Assembly: GCA_016937695.1 (NCBI GenBank)
Contig: JAFGWC010000048.1
Coordinates: 61,777 to 125,776, forward strand
Source: Bacteroidales bacterium
GTDB taxonomy: Bacteria > Bacteroidota > Bacteroidia > Bacteroidales > NBLH01
Reading direction: 5' to 3'
Length of the DNA stretch: 64,000 nt
In this document: piece after piece, positions 46,496 to 56,249 of the stretch
Position numbering within the stretch: position 1 is the first letter of the stretch
Layout of the letters: every line of letters starts with the position of its first letter
Notes under the pieces: generated by a model
What the model saw: only the letters and a program-made list of their open reading frames with translations
The model's database searches: none
Told to the model about the DNA's origin: nothing
Position numbers and translations under genes: made by a program

Positions 46496-47272
46496 ATGCT
46501 AAATATTTTTTTACAAGCCTCATTTATCATTACTATTCTGATAAGTTTTTTATGGTTGCTTAGTGTAATTATAAAAAACGCAAGCATTGTTGACCTTTTT
46601 TGGGGTTTTGGTTTTGTTGTTGTAAATGCTTTTTATTTTTTTATTTCAGGCGATATTAATACACGAAAAACACTTCTATTAATACTGGTAACTATCTGGG
46701 GATTAAGACTTTCTATTTATCTTGCTTGGAGAAATATTGGAAAAGGCGAAGATTTTAGATATCAGGAATTTAGAAAAAATTATGGCTATAAAAATTATTG
46801 GTGGATTAGCTTTTTTCAGGTTTTTTTGCTTCAAGGAGTTTTAATAATGATTGTTTCTCTGCCACTTTTAGGAGCAAATATCAGCACAAAATCAGCACAA
46901 CTAAATTGGATTGATTACATTGGAATTTTAGTCTGGATTTTTGGATTTATTTTTGAAGCCGGAGGCGATTTACAATTAACTCGTTTTAAACAAAACATAA
47001 ATAATAAAGGAAAAGTTTTAAATACAGGATTTTGGAAATACAGCAGACACCCGAATTACTTTGGCGATACAACTGTTTGGTGGGCTTTTGCTATTTTTAG
47101 CATAGCTGCCGGAAATTATTGGCAAATTATTGGCTCGTTTATTATGACTTTATTGATAATAAAAGTATCGGGAGTTGCAATGCTTGAAAAATCATTAAAA
47201 GACAAAAAGCCTGAATATCAAGAATATATAAAAAAAACAAGTTCTTTTTTACCTTGGTTTCCTAAAAAATAA
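46496..47272 (+). CDS. DUF1295 / steroid-5-alpha-reductase-like membrane protein
   Basis: Multi-TM protein with the YSRHPNYFGD motif. The ATG at 46496 is preferred, because the ORF-track start at 46412 overlaps the upstream gene. Confidence 0.8.
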   Translation: MLNIFLQASFIITILISFLWLLSVIIKNASIVDLFWGFGFVVVNAFYFFISGDINTRKTLLLILVTIWGLRLSIYLAWRNIGKGEDFRYQEFRKNYGYKNYWWISFFQVFLLQGVLIMIVSLPLLGANISTKSAQLNWIDYIGILVWIFGFIFEAGGDLQLTRFKQNINNKGKVLNTGFWKYSRHPNYFGDTTVWWAFAIFSIAAGNYWQIIGSFIMTLLIIKVSGVAMLEKSLKDKKPEYQEYIKKTSSFLPWFPKK

Positions 47273-47277
47273 ATTAT

Positions 47278-48018
47278 ATGGATTTTTTAAAAAATAATAT
47301 TTGGCTAATTCTTTTTATTATTTGGGGTTTGCCATTAACATTTTACCGAAGCAAATTTCGTAAAATCATTTATCAAACAGATAGTTGGTTAATTAACATT
47401 AAACCAGTATTTTACAAAGAAATAAAAGGCCTTTTCGGAAATATTTATCCAAACGATTTAAAATATTTAAAATTCAGGAAATTTTATTTGTTTTATCTGG
47501 CAATATATTTTGCTTTATTTTTTTCCTATCTAATTTTTAACAATAATTCTAATAAAGTTGAAAAAATAAGTATCGGAAGCACTGTTCCTAATTTTGAGCT
47601 ATATGACCAATATGGAAAATTATTTAAGCTAAATTCAGTTTTAGGTAAAAAAAATCTGGTAATTTATTTTTATCCAAAAGACGACAGTCCGGGTTGTACA
47701 AAAGAAGCTTGTTCTTTTCGAGATCAATTTGAAGTTTTTGAACAAGCAGATGCGATGATTATCGGTATAAGCTCACAATCGGTTAAAAGCCATTTCGACT
47801 TTACCAAAAAGCACAATTTAAATTACACTTTGCTTAGCGATTCTTTAAAAAAAGTAAGTAAATTATTTGGTGTTACGAATAATTTTTTAGGATTAATTCC
47901 TGGCCGAGTTACATACATTATTAATAAAAAAGCTAAAGTAATTTATATGTTTAATTCGCAAATACAAGCAGAAAAACATGTAGAAGAATCTTTGCGTATA
48001 TTACAGAATATCAAATGA
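47278..48018 (+). CDS. bcp: Bcp-type peroxiredoxin with ~95-aa N-terminal membrane extension
   Basis: The C-terminal 150 aa has FYPKDDSPGCTKEAC (peroxidatic Cys). The N-terminus has two hydrophobic helices. Confidence 0.8.
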   Translation: MDFLKNNIWLILFIIWGLPLTFYRSKFRKIIYQTDSWLINIKPVFYKEIKGLFGNIYPNDLKYLKFRKFYLFYLAIYFALFFSYLIFNNNSNKVEKISIGSTVPNFELYDQYGKLFKLNSVLGKKNLVIYFYPKDDSPGCTKEACSFRDQFEVFEQADAMIIGISSQSVKSHFDFTKKHNLNYTLLSDSLKKVSKLFGVTNNFLGLIPGRVTYIINKKAKVIYMFNSQIQAEKHVEESLRILQNIK

Positions 48019-48620
48019 TTACAGCTTCAAATGCGTTTTTAATTTTAATAACTTATTTATTAGGTTCTATTCCTTTCGGATATATTATTACAAAATTATA
48101 TACAGGAAAAAATATTTTAGATTTAGGTAGTGGAAACGTTGGCTCAACAAATGTAGGAAGAATTGCAGGAAAAAAAATGTCTATAATAACTCAAATTTTA
48201 GATATGCTAAAAGGATTTTTACCTGTTGCAGTTTATATATATTTTGCTGATAATAAAGACTTTGCCAACTCGCCTTATTTTGTTTATATAATTGCTTTAT
48301 CTGCAATAATTGGACACAATTTCAGCATTTTTTTAAAATTTAAAGGCGGAAAAGGAGTTAATACAACACTTGGAGCATCTGTGCTAATTGCACCATATTC
48401 TGTATTTATTTCTGTAATTGTTTATTTTATTGTAAAATGGCGATTTAAATACGTTTCTTTGGGTTCAATTTTTTTGGCAATAACTTTACCAATTATAGAA
48501 ATTATAATTAATAATTTTTCTTTAACATTTTTTTATTTACTGATTTGTTCAATCCTTATTGTTATAATGCACCGAAAAAACATAAGTCGTTTATTGAACA
48601 AAAATGAAATTATATCATAA
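48015..48620 (+). CDS. plsY: glycerol-3-phosphate acyltransferase (acyl-phosphate dependent)
   Basis: 201 aa. Contains GSIPFGYI, GSGNVGSTNVGR and FKGGKGV motifs. Its start overlaps the bcp stop by 4 nt. Confidence 0.9.
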   Translation: MITASNAFLILITYLLGSIPFGYIITKLYTGKNILDLGSGNVGSTNVGRIAGKKMSIITQILDMLKGFLPVAVYIYFADNKDFANSPYFVYIIALSAIIGHNFSIFLKFKGGKGVNTTLGASVLIAPYSVFISVIVYFIVKWRFKYVSLGSIFLAITLPIIEIIINNFSLTFFYLLICSILIVIMHRKNISRLLNKNEIIS

Positions 48621-48653
48621 AAAAACCATATTACTTTCAAAAATATTTAAACA

Positions 48654-49082
48654 ATGAGAATTTGGTCTATTCATCCTAAATATTTAGATGTTAAGGGTTT
48701 AGTTGCTCTTTGGCGCGAAACATTGCTTGCAAAAAACGTTTTAGAAGGCAATACAAAAGGATATAAAAACCATCCGCAATTAAAGCGTTTTAAAAATTCG
48801 GAAAATGCTTTAAATTCTATTAATCAATATTTAAAAACTGTTTATGAAGAAGCAATAATACGCGGATATAATTTTAACAAAAATAAATTTAATACAAATA
48901 TTGAAAAAACAACTATAACTGTAACAACAGGCCAAATTAAATATGAATTTGAACATCTGCTAAAAAAACTACAAAAAAGAGAGCCTGAAAAATTTCAAAA
49001 ACTATCAAATGAAACAAAAATTGAATGTCATCCTCTTTTTAAAATAATAGAAGGCGAAATAGAAGATTGGGAAATAATTTAA
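48654..49082 (+). CDS. pyrimidine dimer DNA glycosylase / endonuclease V family protein
   Basis: 142 aa. MRIWSIHPKYLD.KGLVALWRE.LLA..VL.G.TKGY.NHPQL is typical of the Pyr_excise family. Confidence 0.8.
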   Translation: MRIWSIHPKYLDVKGLVALWRETLLAKNVLEGNTKGYKNHPQLKRFKNSENALNSINQYLKTVYEEAIIRGYNFNKNKFNTNIEKTTITVTTGQIKYEFEHLLKKLQKREPEKFQKLSNETKIECHPLFKIIEGEIEDWEII

Positions 49083-49094
49083 AACCGTATAATT

Positions 49095-49646
49095 TTACTC
49101 AAAAACAACCAAAACGGCATTTTTATCAACGGCTTTTGATTTTTCGCATTTTATTTCTTTTATTATTCCGTCAATTGGCGATTTTAAATTGTTTTCCATT
49201 TTCATTGCTTCTAAAACAACAAGATTATCGCCTTGTTTTACCTCATCGCCGGCTTTAACAAAAATATCTAAAACTAAACCGGGCATTGGCGCTTTTAAAT
49301 CTTGTACTTTTTTCGAACTTAAATTATCTAGTCCCATTTTTTTAAGCAAAATATCAAGCTCTGTTGAAACTTTTCCTGTATATTTTTGACCGTTTACTTT
49401 TATAATGGCAGTTTCATTTTCTTTGTTAAGATCAACAATATCAACATTATACGACAAATTATTCATTATAATATGATAACTGTTTTCATTATTTTTTATT
49501 AAATCTATTTCAAATTTTTCGTCATTAATTATTCCTTTATTATTCAAATTAGAATCAAAATCTATTTTGTATTCCTTTTCATTAATCTCAACTGTAATCA
49601 TTTTTTTACAAGTATTTTTAGGTTTTAACAATTTCAAGAATGCCAT
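49095..49646 (-). CDS. biotin carboxyl carrier-type biotin/lipoyl attachment protein
   Basis: C-terminal APMPGLV....V..GD.V..GD.LVVLEAMKMEN with the biotinyl-Lys motif AMKM. The start may be the internal MITVE. Confidence 0.8.
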   Translation of the reverse strand: MAFLKLLKPKNTCKKMITVEINEKEYKIDFDSNLNNKGIINDEKFEIDLIKNNENSYHIIMNNLSYNVDIVDLNKENETAIIKVNGQKYTGKVSTELDILLKKMGLDNLSSKKVQDLKAPMPGLVLDIFVKAGDEVKQGDNLVVLEAMKMENNLKSPIDGIIKEIKCEKSKAVDKNAVLVVFE

Positions 49647-49727
49647 AAAATTACAATTTTATTATAAATAAAAAAGAGCTTAATTTAAATTTTAAGCTCT
49701 CTAAGATATTTGAAATAATAACAAATT

Positions 49728-50531
49728 CTATTTATTAAAATTATGTTCTTCTAATCCTTTAATTATATGCTTAAGATATTCTGGCTCAGGATGCAAATTT
49801 TCGCTTAATTTATTAATATTTGCCATATAAGCCTGTGCAATTAATATATTTCCGTTTTCATCATAAAAAGGCATGCTTATACGATGATAAAGTTCCGGAA
49901 CATTTTCAAATTGGTCTAATTTATTTACTTGCTCTGTATTAAGTTTCCAAACCACAGCCGGACATTTGCTTTCGTCATCAGCAAATTGAATATTTGCGTA
50001 TGCAAATCCGTTTAAACTTGTTTTAACATTAAATACTTGTTTAAACCCATTTAAAAAGCCTTTTCTATTTTCTTTAATACTCCCAACTCTTTCGGTAATT
50101 CTTTTACTACTAAGATTAGAGCCGTATGCAATTATCCAATTATCATTTTCTTTTTGTTCTTGAATAAATCGCCTGTAATCGCCATGTTCGATTTTAGGAT
50201 TATTTCCAGGTTCTCTGTTGTAGCAATAAACACAAGCGTCAATCTCCTGACCGTCAGATAATTGATATGCCTTCAGCTTTTTTCTAACATAAACCGATTT
50301 TTCAAAATCATCAGCAAAAAACTCTTCTACTTCATCAATTGCGGGAATCATTTTTTCATCAATATCGTAAATTTCGCCAAATACTTTATTTTGTCCCGGT
50401 TTTATTCCTGGAAACTGTCCAAGAAAATATAAATCGGCAAAAATAAATGCAGGACCTTTATAAACAGCACCTTGCATGTATTGCGAAAGGCCCATTTGTT
50501 TCATTAAACCACCATAAACGAAAAAGCGCAT
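49728..50531 (-). CDS. tandem gamma-glutamylcyclotransferase (AIG2/GGCT-like) domain protein
   Basis: 267 aa. MRFFVYGGLM at residue 1 and IIAYGSNLS at about residue 133 mark two GGCT-like domains. Confidence 0.65.
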   Translation of the reverse strand: MRFFVYGGLMKQMGLSQYMQGAVYKGPAFIFADLYFLGQFPGIKPGQNKVFGEIYDIDEKMIPAIDEVEEFFADDFEKSVYVRKKLKAYQLSDGQEIDACVYCYNREPGNNPKIEHGDYRRFIQEQKENDNWIIAYGSNLSSKRITERVGSIKENRKGFLNGFKQVFNVKTSLNGFAYANIQFADDESKCPAVVWKLNTEQVNKLDQFENVPELYHRISMPFYDENGNILIAQAYMANINKLSENLHPEPEYLKHIIKGLEEHNFNK

Positions 50532-50726
50532 ATTTTTAAATTTAAATTAAAACATCAAAAAAATAAATAAGCCATCTACCAAATATTTGAATCTTTCAAA
50601 ATTGGTTTTAAAATCTTTGCTTATAATAGTTTGTGTTTGTATTTAGTTTATTAGAAATTAGTATATTAATCACTGATTATTATTGCATTAATTTATGGCA
50701 ATTTTTAATGACTAATTACTAATATA

Positions 50727-52124
50727 CTAATTACTATTTTTTTTCATTGTTTCTTCAATTTCAGCAACAGTTTTTGGAATAGGCTTTCCTAATACCTTAC
50801 AGCCATTATCGGTAATTAGTAAATCGTCTTCAATTCTTATTCCGCCAAAATCTTTGTAAGACTCTAGTTTTGAATAATTTATAAAATCAGTAAATTTATT
50901 TTCTTTTTTCCACAAATCGATTAATGCAGGAATAAAATATATACCGGGTTCGTCGGTTAAAACATATCCTTTTTTAAGTCTTTTTGCTAAACGTAAAAAA
51001 GCCAGTCCAAATTGTTCGCTTCTTTGAACTTCTTCATCGTAGCCAACATAATTTTCGCCAAGACCTTCCATATCATGAACATCAAGCCCCATCATGTGTC
51101 CAAGACCGTGAGGCATAAATAATGCGTGTGCGCCAAGATTAACAGCTTCATCGATATTGCCTTTCATTAAGCCAAGTTCTTTCAAACCTGAAGCAATTGT
51201 TTTAGCTGCAAGCAAATGCATATCTTTATAGAAAACATCTGGTTTTGAGTTGTTTATTACTTCAAGATTTGCTTTTAAAACGATTTCGTATATTTCTTTT
51301 TGTCTTTGATTAAATTTTCCACCAACCGGAACGGTTCTGGTAATATCGCTGGCATAATGCAAAGCTGTTTCGCATCCTGCGTCTGTAACCATCATTCTGC
51401 CTGTTTCTAAAATATTGTTATGATGATGATTATGAAGAGTTTCGCCATGTGTACTTAAAATAACAGGAAAAGAAACTGAGCCGCCTCCTGATAATGCAAT
51501 TCCTTCGATTGTTCCTGCAATTTTTTGTTCAATTGTTCCGGGCATTGCCATTTTCATTGATGTTGTATGCATTAAATGTGCTGTTTCAATTGCTTTTTCA
51601 ATTTCTACAATCTCATATTCGTCTTTTATTGAGCGTAAACTTATTACAGCTTTAATAAACTCTAAAGAAACAAATGTTTTAATTCCATCATGGCTAACAC
51701 TCAACAAATCAGCAAGTTTAATAATATTAGCATTTCTATATTGCGGTAAAATATGTATTTTTTGACCTTTTTTTGCTGCTATTGATATAACTTCTTCAAG
51801 ATTTTTTAATGCTCCGGTATTTTTAACACCAACTCTTGCAGCTCTATCTTTAACAGATGCTTGTGGTCCCATCCAAATTATATCGTCTAATTCAAAATCG
51901 TTACCGAAAATGTAATCTTCGCCGGTATCAATATCAATAATTCCAGCTAAATCCGGCTGATCTAAACCGAAAAAGTATAAAAAATCACTATCTTGCCTAA
52001 AAGAGTAAGTATTTGATGGATAGTTAAATGCGGCTTCTGTATTTCCTAAAAAAAGCAAAATTCCTGTTCCTATTTTTTCTTTTAATTTTTGTCGTCTGTT
52101 TTTATATACTTCTTCTTTAAACAT
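50727..52124 (-). CDS. Xaa-Pro aminopeptidase (M24B, aminopeptidase P family)
   Basis: 465 aa. AMP_N-type N-terminus (FRQDSDFLYF), then HGLGHMMGLDVHD and EPG.Y motifs. Confidence 0.85.
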   Translation of the reverse strand: MFKEEVYKNRRQKLKEKIGTGILLFLGNTEAAFNYPSNTYSFRQDSDFLYFFGLDQPDLAGIIDIDTGEDYIFGNDFELDDIIWMGPQASVKDRAARVGVKNTGALKNLEEVISIAAKKGQKIHILPQYRNANIIKLADLLSVSHDGIKTFVSLEFIKAVISLRSIKDEYEIVEIEKAIETAHLMHTTSMKMAMPGTIEQKIAGTIEGIALSGGGSVSFPVILSTHGETLHNHHHNNILETGRMMVTDAGCETALHYASDITRTVPVGGKFNQRQKEIYEIVLKANLEVINNSKPDVFYKDMHLLAAKTIASGLKELGLMKGNIDEAVNLGAHALFMPHGLGHMMGLDVHDMEGLGENYVGYDEEVQRSEQFGLAFLRLAKRLKKGYVLTDEPGIYFIPALIDLWKKENKFTDFINYSKLESYKDFGGIRIEDDLLITDNGCKVLGKPIPKTVAEIEETMKKNSN

Positions 52125-52245
52125 AATGATATAAATTAAGTTATAAAATATTGAGCTAAATTAAATTCTATTTATCAGATAGCAAAATAATTATAAGTTT
52201 TTAACTAAATATAATAAAACACAATATTTTACAGCATATTTGCTT

Positions 52246-52289
52246 TTTTTAGGATAAAAAAAAGACTGCAATTTAAAAAAGCAGTCTTT
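52246..52289 (-). terminator. intrinsic terminator after the ferredoxin gene
   Basis: AAAGACTGC / GCAGTCTTT stem. On the minus strand it is followed by a T8 run. Confidence 0.6.
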
Positions 52290-52313
52290 TAATAAAAAAT
52301 TTTCTTTTTATTA

Positions 52314-52487
52314 TTAGTCAGCAGGACTGATAGCCTCTACCGGACAAACATCTGCACATGCACCACAATCAGTACATTCATCAGCATTGATTGAATAAAC
52401 ATCACCTTCAGAAATAGCATCAACCGGACACTCGTCAATACATGCTCCACATGCAGTACATAAGTCTTTATCAATAACGTAAGCCAT
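52314..52487 (-). CDS. 2x[4Fe-4S] ferredoxin (57 aa; absent from the ORF track)
   Basis: Hand translation gives MAYVIDKDLCTACGACIDECPVDAISEGDVYSINADECTDCGACADVCPVEAISPAD*. It carries two CxxCxxCxxxCP motifs. Confidence 0.85.
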   Translation of the reverse strand: MAYVIDKDLCTACGACIDECPVDAISEGDVYSINADECTDCGACADVCPVEAISPAD

Positions 52488-52557
52488 AATTTATTTATTT
52501 AAGATTATTATTTTTTTTGACGGCACAAAAGTAGTTATTTTTTTAAATCTGCAAATT

Positions 52558-53538
52558 TTATAGCTTTTTTTTACAATTAAATATTTTTAGATTGAATAAA
52601 AATAACCGGATTTTAAAAAAATTTATTATTTGCCTGAAAATACTTGGTTTTAAGAAATTGCTGTAATTTTCTGCAATTTGCTTATTTTCAGTTAAATGCA
52701 AAGGGAATATTGTTTTTTTAGTATTTAGCTCGGTTTTAAATTTAGATGTTTTTTTAAGATTTGAGCCGCTTCCATCAGCACCTTTATTTATGACTTTTGT
52801 TCCAATAGGATAAACGTTTAATTTATTTTGTTTATAACAAGCGTAATTAAATCTGATTGCCCATGAATTTATTTTTTTTTGATACTGTTTTAAAAGCATT
52901 ATAGATAAATCTAAACCACTTTTGTTTAATTGATTGCGTTGGTGTTTATCTTTAATAAAATCCTCAAAATCAGACATTTGCCAGTCGATAGTTTGCCAGC
53001 GATTTTTCCAGCTTGCCCAACCCCAAGAGTTTATTCTTTTTAATAAAAAAACATCGTTTTTGTAATTTTCGGGTATTTTAATTGCACCTGAATATGCCGA
53101 AATTGAAAAAATATTCTCATTATTTTCATAAAATTCGAGTGCTCGATTCATATATTCCAAAAAATCATGACTTACAACTAAATCGTCTTCGAGAACTATT
53201 ATTTTTCCGAATTTTTCGATAATTTCTGAAACTCCTGAAATAATATTTTTTGCCAATCCGAAATTTTCGTTTCTCTCGATAATTTCTATCTTTTTAAATC
53301 CTTTAATATCAGCAATATAATTTCTTATTTCAGATATTTTTTCTTTATCATTTTCAGATTTTGCTCCATCAGAAAAAATATAAAGTTTACTATCAAAAGA
53401 TAATTTATTTTTTTGCAAACTTTCTATTGTAAGTTTTAAATGCTCTATTCTGTTATAAACAAAAATTGCAATTGGCGATATATTACTGATATTCATATTG
53501 TTATGCAATTTTTTATTGTTTTCTATTATCTTTTTCAA
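52558..53538 (-). CDS. glycosyltransferase (GT-A fold, GT2-like)
   Basis: Contains IAIFVYNR...L.SL and VLEDDL (DxD-like). The start may be the internal ATG at 53496 (MNISNISP), which would remove the 26-nt overlap with the upstream gene. Confidence 0.6.
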   Translation of the reverse strand: MKKIIENNKKLHNNMNISNISPIAIFVYNRIEHLKLTIESLQKNKLSFDSKLYIFSDGAKSENDKEKISEIRNYIADIKGFKKIEIIERNENFGLAKNIISGVSEIIEKFGKIIVLEDDLVVSHDFLEYMNRALEFYENNENIFSISAYSGAIKIPENYKNDVFLLKRINSWGWASWKNRWQTIDWQMSDFEDFIKDKHQRNQLNKSGLDLSIMLLKQYQKKINSWAIRFNYACYKQNKLNVYPIGTKVINKGADGSGSNLKKTSKFKTELNTKKTIFPLHLTENKQIAENYSNFLKPSIFRQIINFFKIRLFLFNLKIFNCKKKL

Positions 53539-54649
53539 AAATTAAATGTAGTGCTCTTTGCATTACAAATCTGTGTGATTCTATTCTGATATTGTGTAAT
53601 AATAATAAGTTTTTATTCTTATAATTAGTTTTTTTAAACACGAAGTTATTTATTAGTCTGCTTGTTTTTTTTAATAAATTCATATCAGAACTATATGCTT
53701 TAAAAGCTTTTTGATAATGAAATTTATATCTTTTTTCATATAAATCTAAAACCATTTTATCAATTTCTGTCATATATGTTTTATTTAACTTTTGACAAAG
53801 ATTTTCAAGTTTATTATTAAAAGTTTTATCATCAATAAAACAAGCTAGTCCATTTATTTTTTTATGTGTAATTATCTTATAATCAACAAATTGATTGCTG
53901 TTAAAATTTAAAATTACCGAAAATGACGAATCTTCTTTTATATTTTCTCTGTCGAAATAAAAATTTCCTAAGCTGTAAAATATTGGCTTATTATTATACA
54001 TTTCCCAGCCTTGCGGAACATGCGGATGGTGAGCTATTACTGCATCTGCACCAAAATCGCAAAGTTCTTTATATCTGTTTCGCCATTCGGGCAAAGGTAA
54101 ATCAACGCTTTCGACTCCTGCATGTGCAATAATTATTAAAAAATCTACTTTTTTTTTCGAATCAGTAATTAATTTATTTGTTTTATGATGATTGATATAT
54201 GCTACTGCGCCATAATCGCTATAATCGGTAAAAACTCCAAATTCGGCTTCGGAAAAAGCTAAAAACCCAAAAGTGCTTTCATTTACTTTTTTTATTAAAA
54301 GTTTATTTGCTTGCTCGAAAGAAAAATCAGCTCCAATTGTCTCAATATTAAGAGTTTCGCATTTATTTAATGTGGTTTTCAATCCTTTTTCGCCATAATC
54401 AAAAATATGATTATTTGCTAAAGAACATATTGAAAAACCTGTTTCTTTAACATAATCTAAAGCTTTTGGGTTTTGGAATAAATATGGTCCCGCTTTATTT
54501 ATTTTTTTTCCAACCGATTTTAAAGGTGCTTCAAAATTACAAATTGCGAGATCTGAATTTTCAATTATGTTTTTTAATTTTTCATCAACAATATTTTGTT
54601 TTTCAGAAAAAATTACAATATCTCCGGCTATAAATATTTTTGAAATCAT
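53513..54649 (-). CDS. CapA-family (PGA_cap metallophosphoesterase-like) protein
   Basis: 378 aa. Contains FIAGDI, LANNH.FDYG, IIAHAGVE and HHPHV motifs. Confidence 0.8.
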   Translation of the reverse strand: MISKIFIAGDIVIFSEKQNIVDEKLKNIIENSDLAICNFEAPLKSVGKKINKAGPYLFQNPKALDYVKETGFSICSLANNHIFDYGEKGLKTTLNKCETLNIETIGADFSFEQANKLLIKKVNESTFGFLAFSEAEFGVFTDYSDYGAVAYINHHKTNKLITDSKKKVDFLIIIAHAGVESVDLPLPEWRNRYKELCDFGADAVIAHHPHVPQGWEMYNNKPIFYSLGNFYFDRENIKEDSSFSVILNFNSNQFVDYKIITHKKINGLACFIDDKTFNNKLENLCQKLNKTYMTEIDKMVLDLYEKRYKFHYQKAFKAYSSDMNLLKKTSRLINNFVFKKTNYKNKNLLLLHNIRIESHRFVMQRALHLIFEKDNRKQ

Positions 54650-54658
54650 ATTTTCTGC

Positions 54659-56242
54659 TTATTCTTTTATGCTTTTTTCAATTGCTTTAATTATGTAATA
54701 TTCAAAAATTGCTTGTCGTGTATTACTCTTAATTCCAAGCAGTTGACAAACGCCTTTTATTTTTGGAGTTGTTAAAAGCATATTTTTAAAATTATCGATA
54801 AAAGATATTTTTTTTATTTTAGAATTGATTTTTTGCAATTGTTTTTTATCAATATATTTTTCCAGATTTTCAGTTTCAATTAACTCAAATTTAGAAATTT
54901 TAAATGTATCAATATCTAAAGTATTTGAGTTTGTTCCGTTTAAATTCATTGAATTTAAATCGATGTTGTTTTTTACAAAAAAATCGGTTTGCCATTTTCT
55001 GTTTTCTCGCCTTTTTCCTGAAATTTTAAACATTTTAGTTACAATATTAAAATTTAAAAAAGGTGTGTAGCTTATAAATCCAAAATATTCAGGCAGTTGC
55101 ATTAAATATGATAATAAAATCATTTTAATACGAATAAACGTAATTGTCTGTAAACCAGAGTTTTGTATTTCATTTTTATTGTTTTTGAAAAAATCTTTTT
55201 TTATATTTTCATCAACATTAAGTTTTGAATATTTTAAATTTAGATTTACGCCATGCGAAAGTCCAAGTTTATATATATCTTTATGCGTGTTAATTTCAAA
55301 TTTATAGTTTTTTCCTGCCCAAGCATCTCCAACTATTCCGCTTAGCAAAAATACGCTTTTATCAAATTTTTCTGATTTTCTGATTTTTTTAAAAAAATCG
55401 ATATGATACATTCCGTGTAAATGTGTTGAAAAACCAAATGTTTTAAACCAATCGTTAAAATATTTAAAATAATCGTCTAATTTAATATGTTGCCATTTTG
55501 TATTTAATATTTCCGATAATTTTTCGGCATAATATACTTCTTTGCTTTTTGCCTGATTTTTACTTCCGCCATAAGTAAAAGAACGCACTCTGGATTTATC
55601 TTTAACAAAATAATTTAATAATCGAGAATCGTATCCGCCTGAAGTTGGAATTATTATTTTACCTTTTGTATTGTTTTCAATATCAGATAAATACAAATCT
55701 ATTTCAGATATAACTTCTTCTTCATCAACAATATTGTTTTTTCCAAACTCTTCAATAATCGGATCTTTTTTATATTCAATTTCAAATTTAAAATCTGAAA
55801 TCGCAAGTTTTGAATAAAACCTTAAAAACTTAACCGAACTGAACATTGTGTGTTCAAAAACAGAATATCCGAATTCCATAAAATTTTGCAATCCTTCTTG
55901 GTCAATTGTTTTATCGGTAAGGCATTTTAACGATAATGTTGAAACAATTAAATCTTTTTTATTATAAAATACAGGAATGCTTGCAAGCCAGTCGTTTTCA
56001 ATAGTTATTTTATTGTTTTCAAAATTAATTAAAACATTTCTGTCAAGCAAAGATTCATTTTTAGGAAAGGAAAGTGATATTTTATATTTATTTTCAAATT
56101 CTTTCAAATCACCAATTCCCCACAAATAAATATTAAATCCGTTTTTTGAATATTCAAGTTTACTTAATCCCACATTAAAAACATCAATATCAGAATGAGA
56201 TATTTTATTTTTAGATATTGTAAAACCAATTATTTTAGACAT
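54659..56242 (-). CDS. asparagine synthase-like ATP pyrophosphatase lacking the N-terminal nucleophile Cys
   Basis: 527 aa. The PP-loop IIPTSGGYDSRLL is at about residue 200. The N-terminus is MSKIIGF rather than MCG. Confidence 0.65.
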   Translation of the reverse strand: MSKIIGFTISKNKISHSDIDVFNVGLSKLEYSKNGFNIYLWGIGDLKEFENKYKISLSFPKNESLLDRNVLINFENNKITIENDWLASIPVFYNKKDLIVSTLSLKCLTDKTIDQEGLQNFMEFGYSVFEHTMFSSVKFLRFYSKLAISDFKFEIEYKKDPIIEEFGKNNIVDEEEVISEIDLYLSDIENNTKGKIIIPTSGGYDSRLLNYFVKDKSRVRSFTYGGSKNQAKSKEVYYAEKLSEILNTKWQHIKLDDYFKYFNDWFKTFGFSTHLHGMYHIDFFKKIRKSEKFDKSVFLLSGIVGDAWAGKNYKFEINTHKDIYKLGLSHGVNLNLKYSKLNVDENIKKDFFKNNKNEIQNSGLQTITFIRIKMILLSYLMQLPEYFGFISYTPFLNFNIVTKMFKISGKRRENRKWQTDFFVKNNIDLNSMNLNGTNSNTLDIDTFKISKFELIETENLEKYIDKKQLQKINSKIKKISFIDNFKNMLLTTPKIKGVCQLLGIKSNTRQAIFEYYIIKAIEKSIKE

Positions 56243-56249
56243 TTAAAAT

